64,000 nucleotides of DNA from an uncultured Bacteroidota bacterium (GCA_902586435.1 CACIHJ010000004.1:3875-67874), one strand, 5' to 3'. Positions 41,650 through 50,195 are shown, counted from the first letter of the stretch. Notes: generated by a model from the letters alone, not told the origin. A program made the numbers and translations.

Positions 41650-42147
41650 GTGATGAAAAAAGCTATTACTCTTATTGTTTTCTTTTTATTCTCTTGTAAC
41701 AGTTCAAACTTAGATTGCAATACCTATTATCTTATAAGACACGCTGAAAAGGTTCGCCTTAATCCTGATGATAAAGATCCTGAACTAAATGAAGCTGGAA
41801 AAGAGAGGGCTCTAGTTTGGAAAGAGTATTTTAATGATTTAGAAATAGATAAAATTTTCTCTACTGATTATAAAAGAACTATGCAGACTGCACTTCCGTT
41901 CTCGAGTTCAAGTGGATTAACAATTAACACCTACTCTCCTTCTAATATTGATTATCAAGATTTTCTGGTTAAAACTAAAAGAGATAATGTTTTAATTGTT
42001 GGACATAGTAATACGATTCCGACATTTGTTAATGAACTTATTAGAGAAAATGCCTACCCAGATATAGAGGATACTAATAATTCAAATCTTTACATTGTTA
42101 ATATATGTGGAGAACAAGTAAATCATCAAGTAATTAAAATTAATTAA
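41650..42147 (+). CDS. Histidine phosphatase family lipoprotein (SixA/PGAM-like)
   Basis: Lipobox FLFSCNS, RHG-type LIRHAEK, and distal VGHSNTIP. Confidence 0.8.
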   Translation: MMKKAITLIVFFLFSCNSSNLDCNTYYLIRHAEKVRLNPDDKDPELNEAGKERALVWKEYFNDLEIDKIFSTDYKRTMQTALPFSSSSGLTINTYSPSNIDYQDFLVKTKRDNVLIVGHSNTIPTFVNELIRENAYPDIEDTNNSNLYIVNICGEQVNHQVIKIN

Positions 42148-42149
42148 GA

Positions 42150-42761
42150 TTGGACACTCCTATAAATGTATTTAGCAATTGGGTAAGATCAGGTAAAGAT
42201 GAAGGAATGGAAAAAAATCATTCTTCTTCTGTTAAAGATATGATAGCGTTTGCAACAAAAGAATTAAAGAATTTTAGTTTTATTGATGCTGGGTGTGGTA
42301 ATGGTTGGGTTGTTAGAGACATTATTAAAGAACCGTCTTGTGCTTCAGCTATTGGAGTTGATGGATCTGCTGATATGATAAAAAAGGCAAAAGGCTTAGA
42401 TGATATAGGCAGCTATTATTGTACAGATCTTATGGCTTGGGAGCCTAAACAGAAAGTGGATCTCGTTCACTCAATGGAAGTGTTTTACTATTTTGAAAAG
42501 CCTGATTTGTTAATTGAACATATCTATAAGAATTGGATTGAGCCGGGTGGAAGATTGATCATGGGTATTGATTTTTATACGGAAAATATTCCATCACATA
42601 GCTGGCCTAAAGACTGTGCTATATCAATTATGCAACTATTTTCAGAAAAAGAGTGGGCTGGGTTTTTCAAAAGCGCAGGGTTTGGAGAGGTAAAATCTTG
42701 GAGACATGGAAAAAAAGACGAGTGGGGAGGAACATTGATTGTTACAGGAAAAGTAAAGTGA
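42150..42761 (+). CDS. Class I SAM-dependent methyltransferase
   Basis: Motif I FIDAGCGNGW, then post-I GVDGS and RLIMGI. Starts with TTG. Confidence 0.75.
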   Translation: MDTPINVFSNWVRSGKDEGMEKNHSSSVKDMIAFATKELKNFSFIDAGCGNGWVVRDIIKEPSCASAIGVDGSADMIKKAKGLDDIGSYYCTDLMAWEPKQKVDLVHSMEVFYYFEKPDLLIEHIYKNWIEPGGRLIMGIDFYTENIPSHSWPKDCAISIMQLFSEKEWAGFFKSAGFGEVKSWRHGKKDEWGGTLIVTGKVK

Positions 42762-42831
42762 GCTTTACATTATAAAGTAAAGCAAGCTTTACATATACTG
42801 ATAATTCACCTAAATGTAAAGTTTATTTTAC
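42753..42831. promoter_or_regulatory. Array of three 16-bp palindromes, GTAAAG-N4-YTTTAC (putative operator of the XRE regulator)
   Basis: GTAAAGtgagCTTTAC at 42753-42768, GTAAAGcaagCTTTAC at 42777-42792, and GTAAAGtttaTTTTAC at 42816-42831. A TATCTTTA -7-like box follows at 42841-42848, then the ATG at 42851. Confidence 0.6.
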
Positions 42832-42850
42832 AAAATTCCTTATCTTTATT

Positions 42851-43054
42851 ATGATTATGAAGCTTATAAACAGGGTTAAAGACTTTCGTCAACAAAAAAA
42901 TCTTACTCAAGAAGACTTAGCAAAGCTTGTTGGGGTTAGCCGGCAAACAATAATTTCAATAGAACGATATAAATATATTCCCGGACTAGATTTAGGGCTA
43001 AAAATTTCTAGTGCGCTTGATGTAAAGATGGAAAAAGTCTTTTATTTCATTTAA
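42851..43054 (+). CDS. Small XRE-family helix-turn-helix transcriptional regulator (67 aa)
   Basis: LTQEDLAKLVGVSRQTIISIE HTH pattern. Confidence 0.85.
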   Translation: MIMKLINRVKDFRQQKNLTQEDLAKLVGVSRQTIISIERYKYIPGLDLGLKISSALDVKMEKVFYFI

Positions 43055-43072
43055 CCTTCAATAATTGTAAAG

Positions 43073-44035
43073 ATGAATGACAAAATTCCTATTGATGTAG
43101 TAATAACCTGGGTAGACGGAAACGACCCTCTTCACCAAAGAAAGATGTCTTTAGCAGTTTCCTCTGAAAAAAAGAAAAAAAACAATCTTAGTAAGTATAA
43201 AGAGGCTGGGGAGATATACTATTGCGTGCAGTCAATTATTAAGTTTGCGCCTTTTATCAGAAACATCTTTATAGTAACAGACAATCAAGTTCCCCTTTTT
43301 ATAAAAAATAAAAAAGTTCATGACAAAAGAATTAAAGTTGTAGATCACAAAGAGATTTTCAAGGGACTTGAGGAATATATGCCAACATTCAACCCAAGGT
43401 GTATTGACGCATTACTTCACAGGGTGCCAGGGCTCTCAGAAAGGTTTATATATTTTAACGATGATATGTTTCTTATAAAAAAGACGCAAGCAAAGGATTG
43501 GTTTACAGTTGCTGGCAAACCGGTATTAAGGGGAAAATGGTCTAAGTCATACAATACGATGTGGCACAAAAAAATTGCAGAATTATTTTATTCATTTACT
43601 AACAAAAGGCCTAGTTATAATCTTGCACAGTCAGTCTCAGCAAACATGGCTGGATTTAATAACAGATACTACAGGTCATTCCATTCCGGAAGACCTCTTT
43701 TAAAGTCAGTTTTTGAAGAATACTTCAAAAAAAACCCACAAATACTAAGAAATCAACTTAAATATAAGTTTAGAAATAGAAATCAGTTTATGCCCTATAG
43801 CCTTGGATGGCATTTAATGATAAAAAATAGGGGCACAGATTTAAAATCAAACATTGGTCTTAAAGAAATAACAAATATTAAAAGAAATTCTGCACTTGAT
43901 TTTGAACAATTACTTAATAACGTTCATAAAAACCCTGAAGTCTTCTCACTAAACATTCAGGACCTTCATCTAGGGAGCAAAAGCACACAGGATTGTTTTA
44001 AAAGATGGATGAACAATCTTCTGGGTATAATTTAA
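43073..44035 (+). CDS. Stealth-family (capsule hexose-1-phosphate transferase-like) protein
   Basis: CR1-like IDVVITWVDGNDP and CR2-like RFIYFNDDMFL. Confidence 0.7.
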   Translation: MNDKIPIDVVITWVDGNDPLHQRKMSLAVSSEKKKKNNLSKYKEAGEIYYCVQSIIKFAPFIRNIFIVTDNQVPLFIKNKKVHDKRIKVVDHKEIFKGLEEYMPTFNPRCIDALLHRVPGLSERFIYFNDDMFLIKKTQAKDWFTVAGKPVLRGKWSKSYNTMWHKKIAELFYSFTNKRPSYNLAQSVSANMAGFNNRYYRSFHSGRPLLKSVFEEYFKKNPQILRNQLKYKFRNRNQFMPYSLGWHLMIKNRGTDLKSNIGLKEITNIKRNSALDFEQLLNNVHKNPEVFSLNIQDLHLGSKSTQDCFKRWMNNLLGII

Positions 44036-45246
44036 AGCTTTGAGACAGCTTGAATTGTTCTTTTTATCTCATCAAGAGTATTATATACTGATATGCCTAG
44101 TCTTGTTACCCCTCCTTTTTCTTCCAAACCTAGCGCTTGAATTGATTTTAATGCATAGAAGTGACCGTCCCAAGCACAAATATTTTCTTGGGCAAGCTTT
44201 TGGCAAACTTCATTTGCGGTTAAATCATCATGAACAAAAGAAACTGTTGGGGATCGTTTTTTAGACTTAAAGTCTTGGCCCACAACATTTATTTTTTCTA
44301 GTTTATTTAGTTCAGAATATAAATGCGAAGCTAACTCAAATTCGTGCTTACCTATGATTATATATGCGTCAACTAGCTTTTCTTTATATGTCGCCCCTTT
44401 ACCTAAAGATGCTATAAAGTCTATTGCTGATGAAACACCGTTACAGGCGGCATGATTTAAAGTTCCTGTCTCTATGATAAACGGTGCAAATTGATCCTGA
44501 ACTACTAATCTTTCGGGCTGTATTTTTTCTAAAAGATTTGGTTTAGAATAAAGAAGACCAATATGTGGACCATAAAACTTATATGCTGAGCACAGCAAAA
44601 AATCACATCCTAAATTCTGAACATCAATAGAAAAGTGCGGAGCATAATGAACTGCATCTAACAAAAACAATGCATTATGATTTTGTAAAAAATCTTTTAC
44701 TTTCATAAAATCATTTACGGTGCCCAGAGAATTTGAAGACATCCCCATTGCCACTAAAACTGTTTTGTCATTTATCTTATTTTTAAAATCGACATAATCT
44801 AAACTACCGTCTTTTAAAAGCTTGACTTCTATAAGCTTAACTCCAACATTCTCAAGTGTTCTCCAAGGACCTCTGTTAGCCTCATGGTCAAGCTCTGTTA
44901 CAATTACCTCATCCCCTACTTTAAACATTTTCGAAAATGCTCTTGCTAAACTAAAATTTAGGGTTGTCATGTTGTGACCTATAGAAATGCACTCTTTTGA
45001 TTCTGCTCCCAGAAACGTTGAAACCTTTTCTCTCATACTCTCCATAACATCATCTGTTTTTTTACTTGAAAGGAATTCTCCATGAGTATTTGAGTTACAC
45101 TCTTTGTAATAATCTGAAACACTATTTATTACACTTGTTGGCACCTGGGTTCCTCCTGGTCCATCAAGGTAAAGCACTTGATTTCCTTTGTCGTCCTTAT
45201 TTAATAAAGACGGAAATTCTGACCTGACGCTATCTATACTCTTCAT
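44032..45246 (-). CDS. Class V aminotransferase-fold PLP enzyme (cysteine-desulfurase-like)
   Basis: PLP-Lys context LLCSAYKFYGPH, and DAVHYAPH. Confidence 0.75.
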   Translation of the reverse strand: MKSIDSVRSEFPSLLNKDDKGNQVLYLDGPGGTQVPTSVINSVSDYYKECNSNTHGEFLSSKKTDDVMESMREKVSTFLGAESKECISIGHNMTTLNFSLARAFSKMFKVGDEVIVTELDHEANRGPWRTLENVGVKLIEVKLLKDGSLDYVDFKNKINDKTVLVAMGMSSNSLGTVNDFMKVKDFLQNHNALFLLDAVHYAPHFSIDVQNLGCDFLLCSAYKFYGPHIGLLYSKPNLLEKIQPERLVVQDQFAPFIIETGTLNHAACNGVSSAIDFIASLGKGATYKEKLVDAYIIIGKHEFELASHLYSELNKLEKINVVGQDFKSKKRSPTVSFVHDDLTANEVCQKLAQENICAWDGHFYALKSIQALGLEEKGGVTRLGISVYNTLDEIKRTIQAVSKL

Positions 45247-45283
45247 TTTATAAAAATATTAAGTTGTGCCCCTAAATGTACCC

Positions 45284-45847
45284 CTAAGCATATTCTTTTT
45301 CTTTCATCCAATAATCCCAATCCCCTTTTTCAATATACCTATTAATAATGTTATCAAAGCTTATTTTTTTCTTTCCCTTTGGTTTTTCCTTATTAAAAGC
45401 TTCTGATAGAAACTCCCCTATAACATTACGGACAATTTTTAATGTTTCTTTTTTTAAAAGGTCTATATCCATACTTGCTATGTCGTCTTTATAAAAAACG
45501 CCTATCTTCTTTTTTATATCTTCTTCTTTTCCTAAGTAAAAAGATTTTGATCCACGTTTTAGTTTAATTATACATATATATGTTGCCCAGCGTTTATCAT
45601 ATCCAATTGAAACGGTAGGAATAAAATCCTTTTTTAATCTTTTAATGGAAGGCTTAAGTTTAGCTTGTTTTTTCTCTATAAGCTCTATGTTTTCTTTGAT
45701 TGAATCCAGTTTTATATTTACTTTCCTTTTTTTCTTAGCAAGCTTTTTCTTTTGTGCCTTTAGCTCTCTCCAGTTAATCAGCAATTCTTTTTGTTCGCTT
45801 GTCAAAGAATAGTACTTGCCTTTAACAATAGCTCCAATCTTTTTCAT
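45284..45847 (-). CDS. Lys-rich hypothetical protein (orphan)
   Basis: Long ORF with its own flanking intergenic regions. N-terminal charged coiled-coil-like segment. No motif I recognise. Confidence 0.5.
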   Translation of the reverse strand: MKKIGAIVKGKYYSLTSEQKELLINWRELKAQKKKLAKKKRKVNIKLDSIKENIELIEKKQAKLKPSIKRLKKDFIPTVSIGYDKRWATYICIIKLKRGSKSFYLGKEEDIKKKIGVFYKDDIASMDIDLLKKETLKIVRNVIGEFLSEAFNKEKPKGKKKISFDNIINRYIEKGDWDYWMKEKEYA

Positions 45848-45966
45848 TTAATTTAATATTAGACCAAATATAATTGTTTTTTAAACTCTATCCAATCATT
45901 TTTTTTGAATAAAAAAAGTATAGTAATCTTATTTGTTATATTGTTTAAAATAACCTTACTACAATA

Positions 45967-47574
45967 ATGACTAATTCTTCTCAAAAAACCCTATCATACA
46001 TATATGCAGCAATAGTTGTTCTTGTGATAGTTTCTATAACAAAGAGAATTACCACTCCCTCTAATTATGATATTATAATTACTAATGGCGAAGTAATTGA
46101 TGGTTCTGGCTCCTCGTCAGTTTATAAAGACGTTGGAATTATTGGAAACAAGATCCATAAAATTGGAAACCTGAGCTCCGCAGAATCTGAAAGATATATT
46201 GATGCTGAAGGTCTCGTCGTTTCTCCTGGTTTTATTGATGTACATGTTCACTTAGACCCTATATTGAGATTATCAAATTCTGAAAGCCATGTTAGACAGG
46301 GAGTAACAACAAGCTTAGGGGGACCTGATGGAACAAGCCCATGGCCTTTTGGAGAATTTTTAGACACATTAAGTCAAGTGGGGGTAGGAATGAATGTTGC
46401 TTATTTAGTTGGCCATAATACTGTTAGAAGAAATGTTATGGGTCTTGAAAATAGAACGCCATCAGAAGAGGAATTAAATGAAATGGAGCGCCAAATTAGT
46501 GCAGGAATGGATGAAGGGGCTTATGGTATTTCAACTGGTCTTAAATATCTTCCCGGAAGTTTTTCAGAAGTTGAAGAAGTTATTGCGCTTTCAAAAAAAG
46601 CATCAGAAAGGGGTGGTGTATACACCTCTCATCTTAGAGACGAAGGATTAGGTATAATTGAATCTGTGGCCGAGGCGATAAAAATCTCAAAGGACGCGGA
46701 TATTCCTGTTGTTCTAACTCATCATAAGGTTATTGGAAAACCTATGTGGGGAAAAAGCGCACAAACGCTATCGATGGTTGATTCAGCCAGAGAGATTGGG
46801 TTAAAAATTTCGATAGACCAGTATCCTTATGATGCAAGCTATACTGGAATCTCGGTCCTTATTCCTTCATGGGCTAGAGCTGGCGGTCAAAAAGAATTTG
46901 TAAGAAGGACTAAGGATCCAAAACTAAGAGACAGTATAAAAAAGGGCATTGTATTTAATATTCTTAATGACAGGGGAGGCAATGACCTTGACAGGGTACA
47001 GTTTGCAAAAGTTTCATGGGACAAAACACTAGAAGGAAATACCCTAAAATATTGGGCAAAAAGTTTAGGCCTAGAGCCCACAGTTGAAAATGGTGCAGAG
47101 CTTGTAATTAAGGCACAGTTAAACGGAGGGGCTTCTGCAATTTATCATGCAATGGATGAGGATGATGTTGAAAATATAATGAAACACCCCCTAACAATGA
47201 TAGCATCTGATGGAAGATTGGTTGTTCCAGGAGAGGGGCATCCACACCCAAGGTGGTATGGAACTTTCCCAAGAGTTCTTGGGCTTTTTGTTAGAGAAAA
47301 ACAAGTTCTTCCACTAGAAGAGGCTATATACAAAATGTCTTTCCTGCCTGCAAAAACGATAGGGATAAAGCGTAGAGGGTTAATTAAAAAAGGAATGTTT
47401 GCAGACATAACGATCTTTGACAAAAACAGAATAATTGACAGGGCAACTTTTGAAAAACCACACCAATATTCTGAAGGAATACATTATGTATTAGTAAATG
47501 GGGAGCTTGCTATTGATAACGGAGAGTTTCAAAATATAAAAGCAGGAAAAGTTTTGAGAAAAAATTCTGATTAG
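45967..47574 (+). CDS. N-acyl-D-amino-acid deacylase (D-aminoacylase) family amidohydrolase, membrane-anchored or secreted
   Basis: PGFIDVHVH, and SDG...HPHPRWYGTFPRVLG. Confidence 0.85.
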   Translation: MTNSSQKTLSYIYAAIVVLVIVSITKRITTPSNYDIIITNGEVIDGSGSSSVYKDVGIIGNKIHKIGNLSSAESERYIDAEGLVVSPGFIDVHVHLDPILRLSNSESHVRQGVTTSLGGPDGTSPWPFGEFLDTLSQVGVGMNVAYLVGHNTVRRNVMGLENRTPSEEELNEMERQISAGMDEGAYGISTGLKYLPGSFSEVEEVIALSKKASERGGVYTSHLRDEGLGIIESVAEAIKISKDADIPVVLTHHKVIGKPMWGKSAQTLSMVDSAREIGLKISIDQYPYDASYTGISVLIPSWARAGGQKEFVRRTKDPKLRDSIKKGIVFNILNDRGGNDLDRVQFAKVSWDKTLEGNTLKYWAKSLGLEPTVENGAELVIKAQLNGGASAIYHAMDEDDVENIMKHPLTMIASDGRLVVPGEGHPHPRWYGTFPRVLGLFVREKQVLPLEEAIYKMSFLPAKTIGIKRRGLIKKGMFADITIFDKNRIIDRATFEKPHQYSEGIHYVLVNGELAIDNGEFQNIKAGKVLRKNSD

Positions 47575-48377
47575 TCAAGCTCTTTAATCATTATGTTACG
47601 AAACATAACCGGGTGTCCCTCTGATTGAAGGGCTATATACCCCTCTTCCAGAGGCTTACCCACAAGGTCTTTAAAGTTTTCAGTTGAAAATCTATCATTT
47701 GAATATCTGATATTTGTGTAAGTCATGATTGTGTCCTTTTCTATAATATGATGAACAATAGAGTCAGAATGCACAACAATTTCTATACTAACCCATTCAT
47801 TTATAGGATAGATCTTTGAACTTGACCTCATGCAATGATCTGGAGCTATCTTACCATCAATATCAACATCTGTTCCGGGAGAGCACATGTTAAGAGTTGT
47901 CTTTATCCCGTCAGATCTATTTTGAAGGCCTCCAAGAAATTGAGCTTCTATACTAACTGGAACCTGCTGATCTTTAAAAATCTTTTTTGGGTCTTCAGAA
48001 TGGAGCATCACACCACTATTTCTATATGACCAATCACCATCTCTTATATGGTCGCCGTAGAACTTATAATCAAGTTTTAAGTGATAATTTTTAAATTTCT
48101 TTTTTGTATAAAAAATATTTCCATCTTTTTCGTCAAAGGAGTCGTATTGATCATAAGAAACTACAATGCTTCCATCTTCTATAAGATAGGTGTTGTTATA
48201 ATTGTCATTTAAATCATAGCCTGCAACTTTAATATCCCAACCATCAAAAGTTTTGCCATCAAATAATGCTTGCCAATCCGATGAGGGGCTTTCTTGCTTA
48301 TCATTTAATCCACATGACGTAACAACCATGCTTACAACAAAAAAAATAACATAAAAATATTTCATAATAACTTGCAT
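47571..48377 (-). CDS. DUF1080 (3-keto-disaccharide-hydrolase-like) lipoprotein
   Basis: LFDGKTFDGWD, and a C-terminal ALQSEGHPVMFRNIMIKEL. The start is ATG 48377 or ATG 48365. Confidence 0.8.
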   Translation of the reverse strand: MQVIMKYFYVIFFVVSMVVTSCGLNDKQESPSSDWQALFDGKTFDGWDIKVAGYDLNDNYNNTYLIEDGSIVVSYDQYDSFDEKDGNIFYTKKKFKNYHLKLDYKFYGDHIRDGDWSYRNSGVMLHSEDPKKIFKDQQVPVSIEAQFLGGLQNRSDGIKTTLNMCSPGTDVDIDGKIAPDHCMRSSSKIYPINEWVSIEIVVHSDSIVHHIIEKDTIMTYTNIRYSNDRFSTENFKDLVGKPLEEGYIALQSEGHPVMFRNIMIKELD

Positions 48378-48460
48378 TAATCTTTTGCTAAGTACAATTT
48401 ACATAAATGAGAATAATTAAAAAAGATTTTATACTTTGTAAAAAACAAAAAACCCTTACA

Positions 48461-49999
48461 ATGAAAAAACTTATTTTAATACTTTGCATTTTTACTTCAT
48501 TTTCTGCTGAATCTCAAGACGACATAGTTAACAAAATTATTGATGAAGCCACAAATAATTCTCAGCTAGAGGTTTTGGCACATGAGCTACTAGATGTAAT
48601 TGGACCCAGGCTAACTGGGACGCCTCAAAAAAAACAAGCAGCAGACTGGGCAATAAACAAGTATAACAGTTGGGGGGTAAATGCAGAGTTACATGAATTT
48701 GGAGAATGGACAGGATGGGAAAGAGGAATAACGCATGTTGATATGGTGTCCCCTAGAATTAGAACTCTTTCAGGAAGGCAGTTGGCCTATAGCCCCTCTA
48801 CATCAAAAGAAGGAATAACTGGAGAAATAGTTTTTATTCCGGAAGTTGAAAACAAAGAAGACTTTACTAGTTGGCTTGAAACAATTAAAGGAAAGTTTGT
48901 TTTAAGCAGCATGTATCAGTCATCTGGAAGACCAGATTATAACTGGGAGGAGTTTGCCACAGAAGAGTCTCTGCAAAAAATTAGGGAAGAGAGAAGAGAC
49001 GCGTCCAGAAAATGGTATGCAAATTTCAGTAAGATGGGGGTAAATAGAAGAAGCATAAACAGTGTTCTTGAAGACGCTGGAGCGATAGGACTGTTGTCGA
49101 GTAATTGGGCTGGAGGCTTTGGTGCAAACAGAGTGTTTAGCGCTGGGACAAAGAATATTCCAAATATTGATTTAGACCTAGAAGACTATACAATGCTGTA
49201 CAGAATGGTTAAAAGCGGTGTAAATCCTAAAATCAAAGTTGTTTCAACCTCAAAGGATTTAGGAGTTGTCCCAACATTTAACACTCTCGCAATGATTAAA
49301 GGAACTGAAAAGCCAGAAGAATATGTCATCTTATCTGCCCATTTTGATTCTTGGGATGGGGCTACTGGAGCTACTGATAATGGAACTGGAACAATTGTTA
49401 TGATGGAGGCTATGCGAATTTTAAAAGCTGTTTACCCAAACCCTAAAAGAACAATTTTGGTTGGACTCTGGGGGTTTGAAGAGGGCGGACTAAATGGTTC
49501 TCGGGCTTTTGTTGAAGATTTTCCTGATATAGTTAAAAATACTCAGGCTCTTTTTAATCAAGACAATGGAACCGGTAGGGTAATTAATATTGGAGGCCAG
49601 GGGTTTTTAAATTCATATGAATATGTGTCTAGGTGGTTGTATCCTGTTCCTAATGAGATTAAAAAACACATTGAAACAAATTTTCCCGGAATGCCTGGTG
49701 GCGGAGGCAGTGATTATGCCTCATTTGTGGCTCTTGGCGTTCCTGCTTTCAGCTTGAGATCTCTTGATTGGGCATATGGAAATTACACCTGGCATACAAA
49801 CAAAGACACTTATGACAAGATCGTGTTTGATGACGTTAGGAGTAATGTTATTTTAACCGCAATTCTCACCTATATGGCTAGCGAAGACAACGAAAAAGCT
49901 TCTAGAGAAAAAAGGGTTATGCCTATTAATCCTAGAACAGGAAAAGAAGCCTCCTGGCCAAGAAAAAGAAACCCTAGAAGAAAGCCTATAGATAATTAA
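48461..49999 (+). CDS. M28 family aminopeptidase, secreted
   Basis: HFDSWDGATGATDNGTGT and WGFEEGGLNGS. The start is moved to ATG 48461 (signal peptide MKKLILILCIF). Confidence 0.85.
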   Translation: MKKLILILCIFTSFSAESQDDIVNKIIDEATNNSQLEVLAHELLDVIGPRLTGTPQKKQAADWAINKYNSWGVNAELHEFGEWTGWERGITHVDMVSPRIRTLSGRQLAYSPSTSKEGITGEIVFIPEVENKEDFTSWLETIKGKFVLSSMYQSSGRPDYNWEEFATEESLQKIREERRDASRKWYANFSKMGVNRRSINSVLEDAGAIGLLSSNWAGGFGANRVFSAGTKNIPNIDLDLEDYTMLYRMVKSGVNPKIKVVSTSKDLGVVPTFNTLAMIKGTEKPEEYVILSAHFDSWDGATGATDNGTGTIVMMEAMRILKAVYPNPKRTILVGLWGFEEGGLNGSRAFVEDFPDIVKNTQALFNQDNGTGRVINIGGQGFLNSYEYVSRWLYPVPNEIKKHIETNFPGMPGGGGSDYASFVALGVPAFSLRSLDWAYGNYTWHTNKDTYDKIVFDDVRSNVILTAILTYMASEDNEKASREKRVMPINPRTGKEASWPRKRNPRRKPIDN

Positions 50000-50010
50000 T
50001 AAAAACAAAA

Positions 50011-50040
50011 AACCCTCAAGTCAAAGACAATGAGGGTTTT
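50011..50040. terminator. Hairpin terminator shared by the convergent M28 gene and tRNA
   Basis: AACCCTCA (50011-18) / TGAGGGTT (50031-38) with a 12-nt loop. The T-run is better on the minus strand (TTTTGTTTTT). Confidence 0.6.
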
Positions 50041-50042
50041 CT

Positions 50043-50119
50043 TGGTGGTCCCACCTGGACTCGAACCAGGGACCAAATGATTATGAGTCATCTACTCTAA
50101 CCAACTGAGCTATAGGACC
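50043..50119 (-). tRNA. tRNA with CAU anticodon, most like tRNA-Ile2 (lysidine type); CCA is encoded
   Basis: Hand-folded 77-nt cloverleaf from GGTCCTATAGCTCAGTTGGTTAGAGTAGATGACTCATAATCATTTGGTCCCTGGTTCGAGTCCAGGTGGGACCACCA. The anticodon, variable and T arms resemble E. coli ileX from memory. Elongator Met is not excluded. Confidence 0.85.
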
Positions 50120-50183
50120 TACTCAAGCGCAAATATACAACTTACTTAAATTCCCTAAAAGGTCTTTTTCATAATATTTAAAC

Positions 50184-50191
50184 TATTTTTG
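50184..50191 (+). promoter_or_regulatory. Candidate -7 box (TAnnTTTG)
   Basis: TATTTTTG ends 5 nt before the rbfA ATG. Confidence 0.3.
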
Positions 50192-50195
50192 ATAC

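Noticed and set aside
42851-43054. XRE gene as the antitoxin of a toxin-antitoxin pair.
   Set aside because: There is no small partner ORF on either side. The neighbours are a 203-aa methyltransferase and a 320-aa Stealth-like enzyme.
42762-50119. tRNA-anchored genomic island between the XRE gene and tRNA(CAU).
   Set aside because: There is no integrase, recombinase or other mobility gene. I could not find a direct repeat of the tRNA 3' end near 42.8 kb. The altered codon usage continues past the tRNA through core genes to the window end.
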